Source: Phoronis australis (Eukaryota > Animalia > Phoronida). Taken from it: a DNA stretch of 64,000 nt. Shown one piece after another: positions 1-14,173 of this stretch. Positions within the stretch are counted from its first letter, which is position 1; every line of letters starts with the position of its first letter. The stretch lies in NCBI GenBank assembly GCA_002633005.1, contig NMRA01000076.1:808748-872747 (forward strand), written 5' to 3'. A program made the translations under genes and the position numbers. The notes beneath the pieces are model-generated. The model ran no database searches and was not told where the DNA came from. It saw only the letters and a list, made by a program, of their open reading frames with translations.

Positions 1-2873
1 GTGAACTAGGTTCGTCCAACGCAAACGCTGCCAGCGTATCGGAAGAGGAATTCCACCGGGTTCACTGTTTTAGAACGCGTAAACTTATTTGAATTTCAAC
101 ACTCGGGACCATTAATCAATGAATGCAGGGGTCAAATCAAATGATGTCATGCAGGTCGAACACCGAATTCAAGGGGACCCGGCAGGAGTAGCGCTGTGTC
201 CTTTTACAAAGGACCATGTCTTGTCTCCGACCATGCCCTATTGAAGCGTCACTCACCGAAATTTAAGACTTACTACTAGCACGTGTTTTTCTAAAGTTCG
301 AAGTAGACTATACTCCTTTGTATGTAACTTCAGCGTACTAGCTGAGAACGACGAAATTGCACAACAGAAATTTATCACAAAAATGTCACTAATTAATATC
401 ATACTACGTTTAGCTCCTACTGCATGGTTTTGAAACTTTATTTGGTGTTGTTATCGCACAAGTTGGTGAGTTGAGTGCTCAAGTACGAGCCATACTTTGG
501 CTACCTTTTTTTAATAACTTGCATTTTCGTATCGCCAAAGTTAAAATGGTATGCCACCCAAGCAACTGCAAAAAAAGACGAGTGCTCAAAACTCCTTAAC
601 TGTCTGGTCGGAACGCCGGTGCACTCTTCTCCAGTGGTGAACGGTGTCTTCTTTTATATTTCAGTGTTCTGTTTCGCGTGCATAAGCTGCCAACTAGTAT
701 TACCTGCGGGGAGAACGCGTGTACTTATGAGAAGCGGCAAATATCATTTACACAAAGAATTGTGATAGCGGTCATCCCAAGCAGAACCGCCAGCGGACGT
801 AATTTTTTTGAGATCCGTAGAGAACGCTCCATTAGTGTTTCAATCACGCAGAAATTCCAATAATCATAGTTTTGAATAAACAGGTAGCATCTACCCAGAT
901 CAATTGCCTTCTTAGCCAAGCAGACAGACGATCGCCTGGGTGACCGTTTCGGATTGGTACCTCACAAATCTATACTCTAGCGATTTGCACTTGTCGATTT
1001 TCTCTATTTGGAAAAGGGTCAGTTGGAAATTTCGAAGCATAGAATTGTGAGATATGATTCAGTTATTCCACCGAACTTAAGAGGAGATTCAACTCGAAGA
1101 GTGACAAATCACGCGCCACGTTTCGAGGAAATTTTCCAATTTCCGAGATGCGACTACACATTTTGTACAATCCTCTGTAAATAGGACGTCCCACTGGCGA
1201 GTATGTCCACCGAGTCCAGACCTCAGAGGCGATATTTTGGCTTCTCAAAACTGTTTTATCTTGGTTTTGTTTTAGTTGTGAGTAAACGAAAGCGCGTGCA
1301 ACGTTAATTTTATGTGGAAATGTTCAGTTTCGTTAATCTGAAGCCATCAACCGTTAAAACAGTTTTCTACACACTTTTTCTTTGAAATTGATTAAAGCTC
1401 AGTGCATGTCTATACATCCTTTACTATTGATATCTTGCTCGGATAACCAGACCAAAACATAAAGAAGTAAGTGTTTACGAGGCGGCATTCCCAAAACACA
1501 TTTCACAAAAGACCGCAAAATGCTCATCGATAAAACTGTCACCGTTCCAGGGTCACTCGGTACTAATTAAGCAAACCTTAAGCGTAATTAATTTTAGCAG
1601 TTATCAATAACGTTGCTTCCACCGAATTGACGAGAGAAAATCAGATAAATATACTATCCTCGACATTGATTGAGTGTGTTCATAGGACGTACTACTATTG
1701 GACGAATTTGACCCCTCCAAAGAAGGTAAAAAGTACATGTACCCAATGGCGCGATCATCTCACAGCGCGAGCACTTATCTGAAGCGACTTCATTTGTAAA
1801 TTGCAGATCTATATGGTGAATATTATTCCGCACAAGACTCGGTCAACATTCGTACACCAGCAGCTGCTGTCGCTGGGTCAGACTAGCGAAAGCCTATTGG
1901 TTGGCCTCAGGGGTGCAAACTTCATGCTCGGCCACTAGTTTATTGCCACAGTGCCCCTATGTCCGTTTATTATCAGACGATCTCCGGACGTAATCCTGAA
2001 TCCACACCTACACCGCCACGGAAGGGAACGTGCACGCGCTATCAATATTCGAATGTTGAACACCGGTTGTAAATCTGCTATCATTTTCTATCAAATTGGA
2101 TGAATGACTATGAACGAATTTTATGAACTGAAACTTGATTGGTTTGATTTCATTTCTGTTCCCAAGAAACTCAGTCCATCTTGGTTCCTGCTAAGGGATC
2201 CTGTTTCACTATAGACTCGTAACTTTGGCACCTTTTTAACTCGCGCCATTTCTTACCTGGTTTAAAGAAATCGAAATAGGTCTTTAATTCTCACAAAGTC
2301 GCTCTCGTAATATTCCTCACCTTGACAGTATCCTATTTCCAATGCAAATTCGAAAAGGAGGCGTGTAAGCGTTGCCTGTAAGTTGAGTTCGTAACGGAAA
2401 TAGAATACAGTCAGGGTAAACAATATTCTGAGAGCACTTCTACTAAGTAAAAAGAGTAATTTGATTTTCGTCTTAAGTCATCTAAACAGGGAGATATGTA
2501 GCTTTAAATTAGTCAACGTTTCACTAAAAATCAAGAGTTGAGAGGTTTCGTTGAAACCAGTTTCAAACCTCAGAAAATGTCGTAACTAAATAGATGCCAT
2601 GTGTAAGGTCGTAAATCCTTTAGTGGAACAGACCTCAGGTTTCCATGTCCGCCAAAGCACCTCACTGTGACTGATTCCGGTCATACAAGGGAGAACATTC
2701 TGAGAGAATGCAGGCGCCGTACTCACAATAAGGGCGTATTAATTAACATACGCAAGATTTAAGGTAGAATAATAAATCGGCCTTAAAATAATAGCGAATG
2801 TTGAAATTATAGTTACCGTAACAATGTTACTGCACCATAACAATTGTGTTTACTATGTAATTTTCAGCTGTAG

Positions 2874-2970
2874 TACAACAACTACTACTACTACTACAAC
2901 AACAACAACAAAAACTACTAATAATAATAATACCACTACGACTAAGCAGCAGCAGAAGCAACAGCAGTAC
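2874..2970. repeat. Compound trinucleotide microsatellite (CTA/CAA/TAA/CAG)
   Basis: Successive runs of cta, caa, taa and cag triplets read directly. Confidence 0.9.
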
Positions 2971-3734
2971 TAATGCGTCAAACCTGTTTTTACATGGAGT
3001 CTGAAATTTTAAAGAGGCATACGATTGGTCCTTTTAGACCCTGTGTAAGAATTGAGCAAAGTTACATTTTTTGGGCATTTTTTTCACGATTTCAGTTAGG
3101 TTGTAGACATAAATCTGTTTTATGCCTATGTGAACTAACCTGAGTTACGATTTTTTTCTGAGATTAAAAAACAAGTTAAAAAAGTCGACACGTTTAGAAA
3201 ATAACTCCCACCTTTTATTCGCAGTGATACACAAAATTGCCTTTGAAGTTAAAATTGATGGCACATTGCTTAAAATGTGGTGAGACAGGCTCCTGGTTGT
3301 ATAAAAGTCAGGTGCTGGATAACAAGATTGTCGTCACACTTTCACGTTTGCGTTATCATTGTTGAAATTTTGCTGATTGCGTGTAATTGTAAAATGTTCG
3401 AATCTCCAATCATAACAAATTTTCAGGAAAATATATTCATATTTAGTAAAGCCGTTGGTTTTGTTACATCATACCTAGGTTCTGAGCGAACTTTGAAACT
3501 ACCCGGAGATTTCGTCGTTCGTAATCAATTTGCACGTTAAAGTTAAGGTTGCACTTCGCTCTGGCTAAAAACAGAAATCGAATTAAGCATTATACTCTCA
3601 TGAAATAAGTCTCATAATATTGCTTGCCGCCATAGGTTTCTCACTACCAGCAAGTACATCGAAATCATCAGCCATCTAAAAACGCTTCAGAGTTTGGATT
3701 GGTGTTGGCCGCGCCAAATCAGAAGTTGACGCAA

Positions 3735-4210
3735 CCCGGGGGTACACGACAATATTTTTATGGAGAGAGAATCGGGAAAATTAGGATATCCAAATATTTA
3801 GAAAGTGGACACTGAAAAGGGTGACATTTGTTGATAATTTCCATGACAAGGGGGTTATTGCAGAATCATCACCCTTTTGTTGGGGAGATTCCATAAATCT
3901 AACCCTTTCGTGGGATTTTTGAACACCTGGTTTTTTAATCAATTAAGCCTGAAACAGTACAAGGAGATATGCCATATTGTCAAGAATGAGTACATCTACT
4001 GAAGCCAAAGTTTTTAAAACTTCACGTTGGTTTGTATCTTTGTAAAAAATGAACCTTTTGTAGAGTTTAAAACTCTCAAAATGTCAACCATTTTGTAGGC
4101 AAATGTGTTAGAAAATGCACTGTTTCGAAGGGAACTTTGTTAGAAAATGGGTCTTTTCATAGAGAATCTGGGCGTAAAAAAGTGGTCCCTCCGCACGGCA
4201 AGTCCCTAGT
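3735..4210. mobile_element. Probable degenerate non-autonomous DNA element beginning CCCGGGGGTAC
   Basis: Starts with cccgggggtac and carries dispersed acccttt-like sub-repeats (aaaagggtg, cacccttttg, taaccctttc, gaaccttttg, caaccattttg). Right terminus not resolved. Confidence 0.35.
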
Positions 4211-4738
4211 AGATCTTCCATTGCAGTAGTCTCTAGGGATGTGTAACAAAATTTTAAATTGATTGCGACACTGCTATCTCTTGTTCTGGTGAGTATCACA
4301 GTTTGCCGCTACTATGACCCCGAACTGTGATGCAGGGGCAACTATGCATGAATTGTATAATAGGTAGGTGAACGAGTGAACTGCACTCGGAAACCCGCGA
4401 GAAGGAATTCGCAAGAAATCTGACACCGACGACGCATTTATTTTAAACGACGGTCGCAATAAACTCGCGACTTTTTGGAATCATACTGTAGCCAAATCTC
4501 ATGCTGCGGTTGACTATAAAATATCGAATGAAAATTTCCCCTCATAAAATGATAGGATTCTTCATTTTATATTTTCGACTGTAAACAAAACAGGACAAAA
4601 AAACACCCGAAGAGTCATAAAAATGTCGCGTCTAACGGCATGACGGCGTAAAATGTGCACTTGATAACGATGCCCGGATGGCCACTTGAAATAACAGACA
4701 TTGTGTTTTGACGTACTGCAATGCTGTCAAAGGTGGAC

Positions 4739-4772
4739 GGGGTTGGTGGGGTTGGTTGGGGCTTCGTGGGGG
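4739..4772 (+). other. Canonical four-tetrad G-quadruplex-forming motif
   Basis: GGGG-ttggt-GGGG-ttggtt-GGGG-cttcgt-GGGGG: four tracts of at least 4 G with 5-6 nt loops. Confidence 0.7.
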
Positions 4773-5974
4773 TAGTCCCGCTACGTACATGACCAAAAAT
4801 GCCGTCGGCATGTCGTTTTAATGGTTTATGCGGACATTTGGCCTTCGAACTCGTGATTGCACCCTGCTAGCGACATTCTATTTCTGCCAGTTGTTGCTCT
4901 CTATCACCTGGCTTGGTGTTTTGTTAAGAAATCTTGATTCGTGTAAACGTTTCTCTCCAATTTAGTAGAAAAGTGCCAGGTGTCACGAATTACGTCATTC
5001 ATTTGGGAAAATGTGACTTCGTTTTTGAACTTAGACTGTCCAGAACGCAAGGCTTTGCATGCAAGATAACAACTAAATGTACTTGCAGAAAACTCATTCA
5101 GTTGTTTGTGATATGTGAATAAAAACGAATTGCTGACCAGTTTTTTTAAACTACAGCCCACCACGACGTCATAATCTGTTCAGATGCTTTATTTTCATAA
5201 CCGCAGAGAATGCAGCGGAAATGTTCGTGTTTTGTGACTGTTTTACTCTTAGGATTAAAACTCAAATTTCCCACGATCTATAACGAAACGCAGCGTCTTT
5301 ATTGCTAACCAACTGCACGTCTGCACGAGAAACCTCGCGGGAGAATTCATTTTCTTTCTGTAATGCAAAGGTTCTGCGTAATAGTATGACTCCATTCATG
5401 ACGTTCTTTCGCGTCATTACCTACATTGTCTTGCAAGACAATACCTGGCGTACTTATCCTGAACAGGTGATTTATTTACACTTGGGTGTGGTCATGCGAA
5501 TAGAATTAATTTCGATGGTTTTTTTTGCAATTTTTGTTTCATTTACGTCCTTATGAAACCTTTCACTGGAGTAGGTGGGGAATCGAATCAATTTTCGAAT
5601 TGTGGTTTCGTTAAATACAGAAATGTCGGCACACTAAGCTTTTGTTCTCAATTTACATCGTGAAATCAGAGACAGCGAATTCGTGAACAGCCTCTGAAGT
5701 AATGGTTCAACATCTTAAATTCACAATAATCACCACTGCTATCATAATGATACAGTATCTACGACTACAAAATTAATCATTATGATAATGGTAACATTTC
5801 ACAGATAGATAAATATTATTAAATTGAAACATCAAGATTGAAATGATTGATTGTAAAACAAAGTCTTGGAGAAAGTATATATTTTACAAGAATGGCAACC
5901 ACTCGCCAAAATTTAAATATCTATAGTCTAGGTACAGTATAAGTATTTGTGTTACCGACAAGTTTTACCCATGA

Positions 5975-6012
5975 CTCTCTCTCTCTCTCTCTGTGCGTGT
6001 GTGCGTGTGTGT
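5975..6012. repeat. (CT)n(GT)n microsatellite
   Basis: A ct run followed by an interrupted gt run. Confidence 0.9.
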
Positions 6013-7151
6013 GACAGAGTTATCTTCAACTCTCTCAGTATTACAAATATTCGAATCGGAGTGCATATTAAATAAAATGTACCAAAAAATCAATGCTTAT
6101 ATAAGTATCGTGTTTGTACATTGTACAATAAAAGATCATGTAGCGAAGGTACTGTGTTTACCGTAAATGCTTTGTGTAGGTGGATCAGAGTTGTGCGAAA
6201 AAATTGCATGGCATAAAATATTTCAAGCCATGGGAGCTTTTGTCGTAACCTTACACTTTTTGTAACTCAACAGCAGGAAAGAGGCTGTTAATGACTTATT
6301 GTCTATGTGCATTGTCTGAACAAGGCAAAAGCAAACTGCAGTAATCTGTCGATTAACGTCTGTAGAAATTAACGAGTGCAACTACCCTTATGTGTGCTTA
6401 TTCGCGAGTGCACTTGCGTCAACCTGTGTTTAGATTTTCTCCGTGGTCCCGTAAGAATTCCGTGATTTAATTGTTGCACGCGTGCAGAGCGCACGGACGG
6501 TGTTATTCTTTCGACTAACCAGCACACTCGGAGAATGACAAACGCAATGCTACCCAAATTTCACGAAATCGTTTCCTCTAAGAAATGAAAATAGTTAAAT
6601 GAGCCGGTTCAACTCTTGTTTACACAAGCGAAACAATCGCTCAGGTTCTTGGTTAGCTTCCGGTCGTGTTCGTCCCCTAGTTGTTGCAGAGCCACGTGGG
6701 ATTTGCACCTCTCTCGTGTCGTGCAGCGGGTCAGCTTCCTGAAAGCAGGTGATATTCGCTTAAGTCACGTGAAGGATGCCTAGTTTCACACGGCAAAGGT
6801 CCTTAAAAGTTTTTTATTCATTAATACCCAATGATAGCATTATTTAGTGTTTTATAACGAATTTAGAATACGTGCGGCACGTGCATTGCTCCAAGGCAAT
6901 ATCGACCCAAATGCCATAATGAGCCTGACACACGCCATGTCGTTTTTTACAGCCGATCTTTCTGCATCAGTTTTCTATTGTAATTTTTCCTCTGTCACAT
7001 CGATGACGTGTGTTCGTCTAGGGATCAACCTTATCATGTTGAAAACTGAACTTGGGATACCCTCACACTTTACGGGACGAGTGTAGGACACAGAGGTATC
7101 TATTCTGCAAATGTTTCATACATATGAGCACCTGGTTACATTCTCATCACT

Positions 7152-7317
7152 CGCATGCAGGCGTGCGTTCAGTAGACCCTAGGACCTACGCTAGGAGCTA
7201 GCTAAAAGCTAGTCAAAGTCACGTGTGCTCACTTAAAATGCACGGCATTATCTCACGTAATCTCGCGAAGTCTTGCCTTTTAGCGAGGTCCTAGCATTAC
7301 TGAACGGGAGGCAGGCT
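7152..7317. mobile_element. Short MITE with ~28 bp imperfect inverted repeats
   Basis: cgttcagtagaccctaggacctacgcta (from 7166) is the near reverse complement of tagcgaggtcctagcattactgaacg (to 7306). Confidence 0.65.
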
Positions 7318-10300
7318 GAAGGTTAATGACACTTGCTTAAGACAACACATTTTTCACGAAACCGCCAGAGAACATTGCAGTGTTCTACCCCGCGCTGTCG
7401 TGCGCATCAGAGTGCCTCGGTTATTTTGGAGATTTTGAGGCTTCGGAAATACCCAAGCTTTTCCCCGCTAGATATTCTTTGAAAAATTCACGTCGTAACT
7501 TTCCGCCTACTGAGGCGCCAAAACTGTTGAAAAACGTCGATATACTTAATTCCAGGTACAAATAAGAAAAGCACATTCGAATGTGAAAAGCGAAATCTAT
7601 TATAATGCTGCTTTCTCTGTAAAACTTTCTTGTTTCATTTTGAAGCTGCAAAATTTCCTAAGTAGGGAGCCTACACCCAATAGTTTTTTTTTACTACACA
7701 GAATGTCTGTGGACTAAGGTATGAAATGTTCACTAGCAGTCTCACTTTTCACAAAACTAAATTTAAACATAACGTGAGATAGTGTTATCACTAGTAGTGG
7801 GCTCAATGGCGGATCTAGGACGCTGTGAAGGGCGCGACCACAACTTTCAAAATGACAAACGTTCGACGTAACCACCAAACCTACATAGCCAAGCCTAAAT
7901 ACAAATGCCAGGAAAAGAATCCGGACCCACATCAATGTGCCTGTATGCAATATACCATTTCCTCCGTGTAGCTACAGGTACGCAATCAACAGTACCCTCA
8001 TGCGTATTTGAAAGCTACCTCCATTTTAGGGAACAAAAAAAACAGGTGTCTTTCCGACTGAAATCCACACAAAGGGATTTTTTCCGATTTAAAAACTGCA
8101 TACAGAAGGGTCACTGGGGACCAAAACGGACAGTTTTAGAAACAGCTCACGGTTTACTGATTTTCCAGTTAGTTTGACGATATGCGTTCATTTCCTAAGA
8201 TCAAGTTTGAGTCAGCCGATGTCTCAAGAGTCACAGCACACGGACGCAAGGCGGCAGCGTCGCAAGAACTCAGTTTCGAAATTGCATTATGGTGATTTTG
8301 ATCCACATTTTATTGGATGTATGCATGTCTGCTTTTTCACGCAAAAACAGTTTGGAATTGAGTCGAAACTGAGGTTGATAGCCGATGCGTATTAACTGCA
8401 AACATCTCCCGCAGTTTGACTGGTAAGACACGGATTAAAGGTATTTCAAAACTTTTTACTCGTTTTCTTTGCCGCATATGCGCTTAAAATTTAATAATAT
8501 ACCTTTTCGCGAACACGTATAAGTGAAGTTGCGCCTATCACCTCTAAATCTGGAGTTAGGCGCATGCGCCACTCTGTGGAACATTCGAGAACACAAAGAG
8601 TTACTGTGAAAAATATCGTGACAATGAAACTTGACTTAACCCATACAAAATGGTAGATGTTTATTCAATCAATTCAAACATTATTTTTTAAATGACGTGA
8701 AATATTGAGAAAAGACAAATACACTCAGTAGTCAAGACATATGCATCCGTCGGCGCTCATCAATGAAACTTAGGCGCATGAGTAAAATTTTCCTTGAAAT
8801 CACGATTACGGATTTAGGCGCATCCACGGTGTTAAAATACATTTTCAGCAGGTAGCCTACATGACGCAACGTTACGCAGACAATGCTCATCGGTCGTGTT
8901 GAGCTGGTAGTCGGTGTTAGCGGGTAGGCCCTCGGGGGCCGATATTCTACAACATTAACATAATAAACCTAGATTTGCCTTGTTTGATAACGCAACAATT
9001 GACAAATTATAAACAAAGCCTGCAGCATGATTCTACGGCTCCATGTATATAATACAGGCACATGAGGGCCGACTGGGCGCTTAATTACTCAGGGAGGCGG
9101 TGTCTATGACATAACTACTACTCTACGCATATTTTAAACAAGAAAATACACAGGTACAGTGTTTTCTCATGCCAGTATTAGAAATCATAATACGGAAAAA
9201 ATGCGGGTAGGTATAGTATTCGGCTGTCAGTGATCAACAACAGACGCATTTAGATATTCGTGACAGGAATGTTCACATCTAAACCTCGTACTCACGGGAA
9301 ATGATGTTCGTCGCGTGGACGCGGTTGCGTTCACAGAAAATTGTTCGGGGTACGCCCGCATAAGGTGCTCACGCCCAGCGCGACGAGAAGCTTAGATGTA
9401 CGGTTCTTTACGTTCAGATTTCCCAAGAAAGAGCACCCTTTTCGACTGAATTTCATACGAGATGTTTTTCCGATTGTATTCCCCACGAAAAAGGATAATT
9501 TTGGGGGTAAAACAAAAATACGCCGGACGATGTCACCGGAACAAATTTCTAAAACTGATGGTCGACTTATTCAAGGAAGTTTTTTACAATATTACAAATA
9601 CATGGAACTTCCAGCTGCACAGTCATTCATTTGAAAAATACCACTCTTGAGCATCACCCTGGAAATTTTCACGTTTACGTCATAATATTGGTGAAAAGCC
9701 GAAATGCCCGGGGAAGCATTTTCCAAGTCATAGAGGGGTTTATGTGTGTTTCAGATGAACTCAGAAGGACATGTTCGGTATTTCGAACCTAATGACAAAA
9801 GAGTGTAATATAATCTCGTACTGGGAGCGTAAAGCACAACCCAGCTACCAAGCCTACGCTCAGTCACGACTGAAATTAAATTGAAATTCAAACCTAGATT
9901 GTTCAATTGAAGATGACTTGCGATACTTTTCAGTTTATACTCAGAATAATGACAGATAACCACGAAAAGGAGTGATAAATTACTGCATTTCCACAATTTG
10001 TAAAAATTAAACATTCATGCAACACGATACCTTACAATGTCAGGACTGTAATGAGATGACGAACACGACTAATTGACAATTAGCGGCGGCTCTAAAGCGC
10101 TTTCATCACTTTTGTGGACACCGAGCCACAACTAAAAGCAACTATTGACTTAACTGCGCACAACACCGAAACTCTTGGCTACGACAACGAACGAGAAACC
10201 CGAAATGGATTCAAAGGCCGGGAGGGGACCACGAGCCCGGATCAATGTTCAACATCAGGTGATACCCAGAATCAAAACAAGTGACAGAAGGGACCTACAA

Positions 10301-12788
10301 GGGACATGCATGTGGGCCACTTTAGCCTCTTCCTTTCCAGCAATAGACAAGTGATCCAGTAGGGGGACCTGCGTTCCTCGCCCCCCCCCCTCTCTGGATA
10401 GAAAATGGATTCCCCAAGACTATTCCAGAATTCTCTTTTTAACGTTTTTACAACAAAAGCGCCAATTTTAAAACAGTCATTTGTAACACACAGGGTTCAT
10501 TGAACTTTATGTAAAAGAAGATACTGTAAAAGCAGAAAAGTACGCAATCAGCGGGCGCGCTCACGAAGTTTGTTACATAATTTCAACATAACGACAATTA
10601 CGTTAGAGAGAAAAACAGACCCTGATACCCGGGTAGGCTTACAGTCAGTTGATTTTCCAAAATGATACATCTTATATCAGGTCACAACTCTACAGCAGGA
10701 CTAGGTTACATAAAACTTAAAAAATTAACCGCTGGATAAGTTTCATTGTTGCATGACGTCAAGTGCAGGCGCCTTATAATGCGACGTCATTGTTGCAATG
10801 CAGAGTATAACTTTTATGCAACTGGGCCCAGATGAGGATAAAAAACAATTAGGGTTGAACGCGCCAAAAACATGACTTTTGAAAGTCTTCAGATAGCCAT
10901 CTTGTTGTTCGCCAAGTATTTCACAATCAAGACCTAGACTTGATGAAACAGTCTATCATCTCATTTCAGATTTTGAATCACTTTGATAGCAGCGAACTAA
11001 AACTTTCAAAACAAGGAATGCCAAATTTCTGCCAGAAAACATCCAAGAGACATCGTCGATGAGCCCCAGGTTGTGTCAAGTTCACAGACACAATAAACGT
11101 TAAGAAAGTCCCAAACAATCGCGTAGGTTAAGATAAAACGAAATAGTACAAAAATAGTTTAGGAAAACTGTTTGTTTGACCGATATTTTCCAGTACTTAC
11201 AAAACTGAAATGATACACCCAATACAACCAAAGATTGATACGATTACTTGGAATGCAAAGATGTGTTGCTTTCAGGAAAGGACTGAAATAGTTGCGCACA
11301 TAGTATATATTTTTTAATGTTAGGGGGGAGCAGGGCAGAGTATTAGCCAGGATTTTGCCCGCCAGACATTCACACTACCGACCTAGCTGCCAAATGGAAT
11401 CTGGGAGAATTTTAGGAGGGGGTGGGGCATAGTTTCCTTGGCCCCCTCTAGATCTGCCACTGTCTTAACTATAGACTCAGGCATTGACTGCACTTGACTC
11501 ACTCTCTAGTTTACCCAGGTAAATCTTCCTGGGCATTTAATTGGTTCCCAATGACAAATTTTGGCTCACAAACCAATCAGATATCAGAGCCGGTTGAATG
11601 AATGAAGTGCAGTCTTGTGAAACCCTTCTCTCTTTCAGGAAAGTTAACCTTACTTCTAAAATAACATGGACACAAGCCACTAAAACACAAATATCTTTGT
11701 GAGTATGTCACATTGGGTGCAACTTTGACAAGTTGTAAGAAATGAAATTAAACTAAAAATGAGAACCATAGTTGCATGATTTCTTCATTACATGAATTTT
11801 CATTGGTTTACATCTGCTAATGAACAGAGAACTTGGTCCTGATACCCTGGTCACCATTGATGCCCAAGGCTAAGCAAGAGCCATCTGGACTTAAAATCGC
11901 TTAGTGATAATCATTCATACTGTGTTCCCAGGCAGGAACATATTTAATGGAGCATTACAGGCAGGGTCATAAAATGCAACAAAAAACTCTGACTATCAAA
12001 GTATTGGCTTTTTGAAAAACTACAGATTTTCAAGAACTAATGATTCCATATATGTATGTAAAACACAATAATTAACCAAAATCAATGTTTGAAACATAAA
12101 AATCGGTTCACTATAAATACCGGTAGGTTTACACAAGTCAAAATTACACTGACTGCTTGATTGTAAAGGAGAGTTGTCCACGCTGAATTATCTTCACCAA
12201 TAAGACTTGTGCTATACTAAGCAACAAAAAGATATGGAAATGAGCTGGATAATGAGTTGATCCAAGCAGGTATTCAATGCAACACACAAATTCACGTCAT
12301 GTTGGTCAGGTCAAAAGAGCATAGTTGGTGTTTAGCTTTAACCAACTCATTACAGACCTGCGCTCAAGATCACATGAATTTCAGTCAAAATTTCTGTTTT
12401 TTTTTCTTGAAAAGCTGCACAAAGATATGTAAGTAAGGCTAAGCAAATTTTGAAGTGCCATGATTTGACAAACCATCGTTAAAAAACACCCTACATCATT
12501 TTAGCTGGTCACAGTTGTATTTCTTTTCTTAGAAAATGAGCAAATAAAAACACTGCCTCACGAATGATTTTCAAAAGGACCAGACCAGAAGACTCAAAAA
12601 TATTACAAGAATGCCACTAGATTAAACTCATTTTTCCAACAATTCAATTTAACATTGCATTCTGTGCCCGTGTACCAAAGCTGATTCCTGGACTGCATTC
12701 ATGAAACTCAAACATTTTAGAAAGCCCGTCCATTGGATCCCAGAGTTTGAAAGTATGAGTGAACACAACATTTCGTTAAGATCCGAAT

Positions 12789-13186
12789 CATTTCTAAGTC
12801 TGGTTAGCACTCCACCTGTGGCCACATCACGGAACCTAATGAATATAAGTATGAAAAGATTTTTGTCCCAACCAGGCTCGAACCCTGGACCTTCTGCTAA
12901 CGTGCAGATGCACTACTCCAATGAGCCTTCGGGACCACTGGTCCAACGCAGAAATCCAATTAGAGTTAGTAGTGGGAATCTCACACTTGAACTTCTGAGT
13001 GTATATAAATCCATAGATCTTAAACCAGGGCGGAAATGTGTATCGTAAACATGTCCAAGTCTGGTCAGCACGCCACCTTTGGCCACGTCAGACTTATTCA
13101 TTAGGTCACGTGATGTGGCCATAGGTGGCGTGCCGACAAGACTTAGAAATGTTTGCGATACACACTTCCACCCGGGTTTTAAGATT
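12789..13186. mobile_element. Composite tRNA-derived element with direct and inverted copies of a 60-75 bp module
   Basis: Module 12789-12850 recurs directly within 13017-13090 and inverted at 13092-13186. The segment 13017-13186 forms a long imperfect hairpin. Confidence 0.7.
12864..12936 (-). pseudogene. tRNA-derived sequence (SINE-type Pol III head)
   Basis: Minus strand GGTCCCGAAGGCTCATTGGAGTAGTGCATCTGCACGTTAGCAGAAGGTCCAGGGTTCGAGCCTGGTTGGGACA. It has an A-box-like AGGCTCATTGG, B-box GGTTCGAGCC, acceptor stem GTCCCG/TGGGAC and anticodon stem TCTGC/GCAGA. The anticodon loop is only 6 nt, so it is not a functional tRNA. Confidence 0.7.
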
Positions 13187-13289
13187 TACCTGTATATATA
13201 TATTTATACATCTCTAAAAACTTGCAAGCCTTTGCCTCACTCCCAAGGTGTTTTGAAACACAGCCGAGTTTCTTCTAATGTAAAATAAA

Positions 13290-14173
13290 AGCACATTCTG
13301 AAAACCACCATTTATTAAATTAATATTATAAAAAGAAGACAAGATTACCAAAGTGCTCCAAATGACCAACTTCAAAGTTTCAGACATAAACTTTAACACA
13401 TACTGGTAAAGCAACCAAATTATTTTCAATAAGAGTTGCTAGCATTACTTGGAAAGGGGTTCCACACATAAAAGTTGCTGTAACCTCATTAGCAGTACCA
13501 CAAATACAGAGGCATGGTAAAAGTTCTTCGGAAGTTTTTCAGTGTGTTGAAAAGTAAAATTGACATTTTTCTCATTTTTCAAAGGATTACTACAATTGCA
13601 GCAAATGCTCAAGTTTTTTCGAAAGTTGTCAAGCGACATCCATTTTGCCTCCCAAATATACTGTAAAAATTCTCCAGTTTGGGCAGTCCCTAAAGTATAG
13701 GACATGGAAAAATTGAACATTCTTGATTCTGAAGATTGGCACATGTGTAATTTGAGGTGGCATTCATCATATATCCCAAATATCAAAGATTGCATTTTAA
13801 AAATAAAATGTTTGATAAAGTCGTGGAAAACGGCTGCCAACACAAAATTTAGCTTTCTCATGATTCTTGAATTTGGATGGCCAAAACTGCCCATTTCTAT
13901 AATCTGGTATGAGCTCTGACCTCAAACAAAACAATTGTTCTTTCACAGTCCTAAATTTTCCCCCCATCACCCCTATCCATTTCGTACACTCTCATTAGCT
14001 ACAATCCTCCAGTATCAATACGCCGTGGTCACCAATGTGTTTTACACAAATCTCTCGTAGGCAATCTCAACTACAACTTTCATCACAGCACTCTAAGGCA
14101 TCGCCGGCAGAGTTGACTAAACTTCTTCGTGAGTCCCGTACAGTCAGAAGAGTTTTAACAGTCACCCGCATTT
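13290..14173 (-). other. Candidate 3' terminal exon of an unidentified minus-strand gene
   Basis: Strong acceptor ccttttgtttttcag-type tract ending at 14174. AATAAA on the minus strand at 13311-13316 with a U-rich downstream tract. Lies close to the CpG-depletion boundary. No protein homology recognised. Confidence 0.25.
13660..13745 (+). repeat. Interspersed repeat family B, copy 1
   Basis: aaaattctccagtttgggcagtccctaaag...ttcttgattctgaagattggcac aligns with 18792-18872. Confidence 0.6.

Noticed and set aside
480-919. Minus-strand segment resembling a type II membrane protein N-terminus (MERSLRISKKLRPLAVLLGMTAITILCV...)
   Set aside because: It needs a frameshift and stop read-through to extend, and no recognisable catalytic domain follows.
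12864-12936. Functional tRNA gene
   Set aside because: 6 nt anticodon loop, shifted T-arm register, and embedded in a repeat module.
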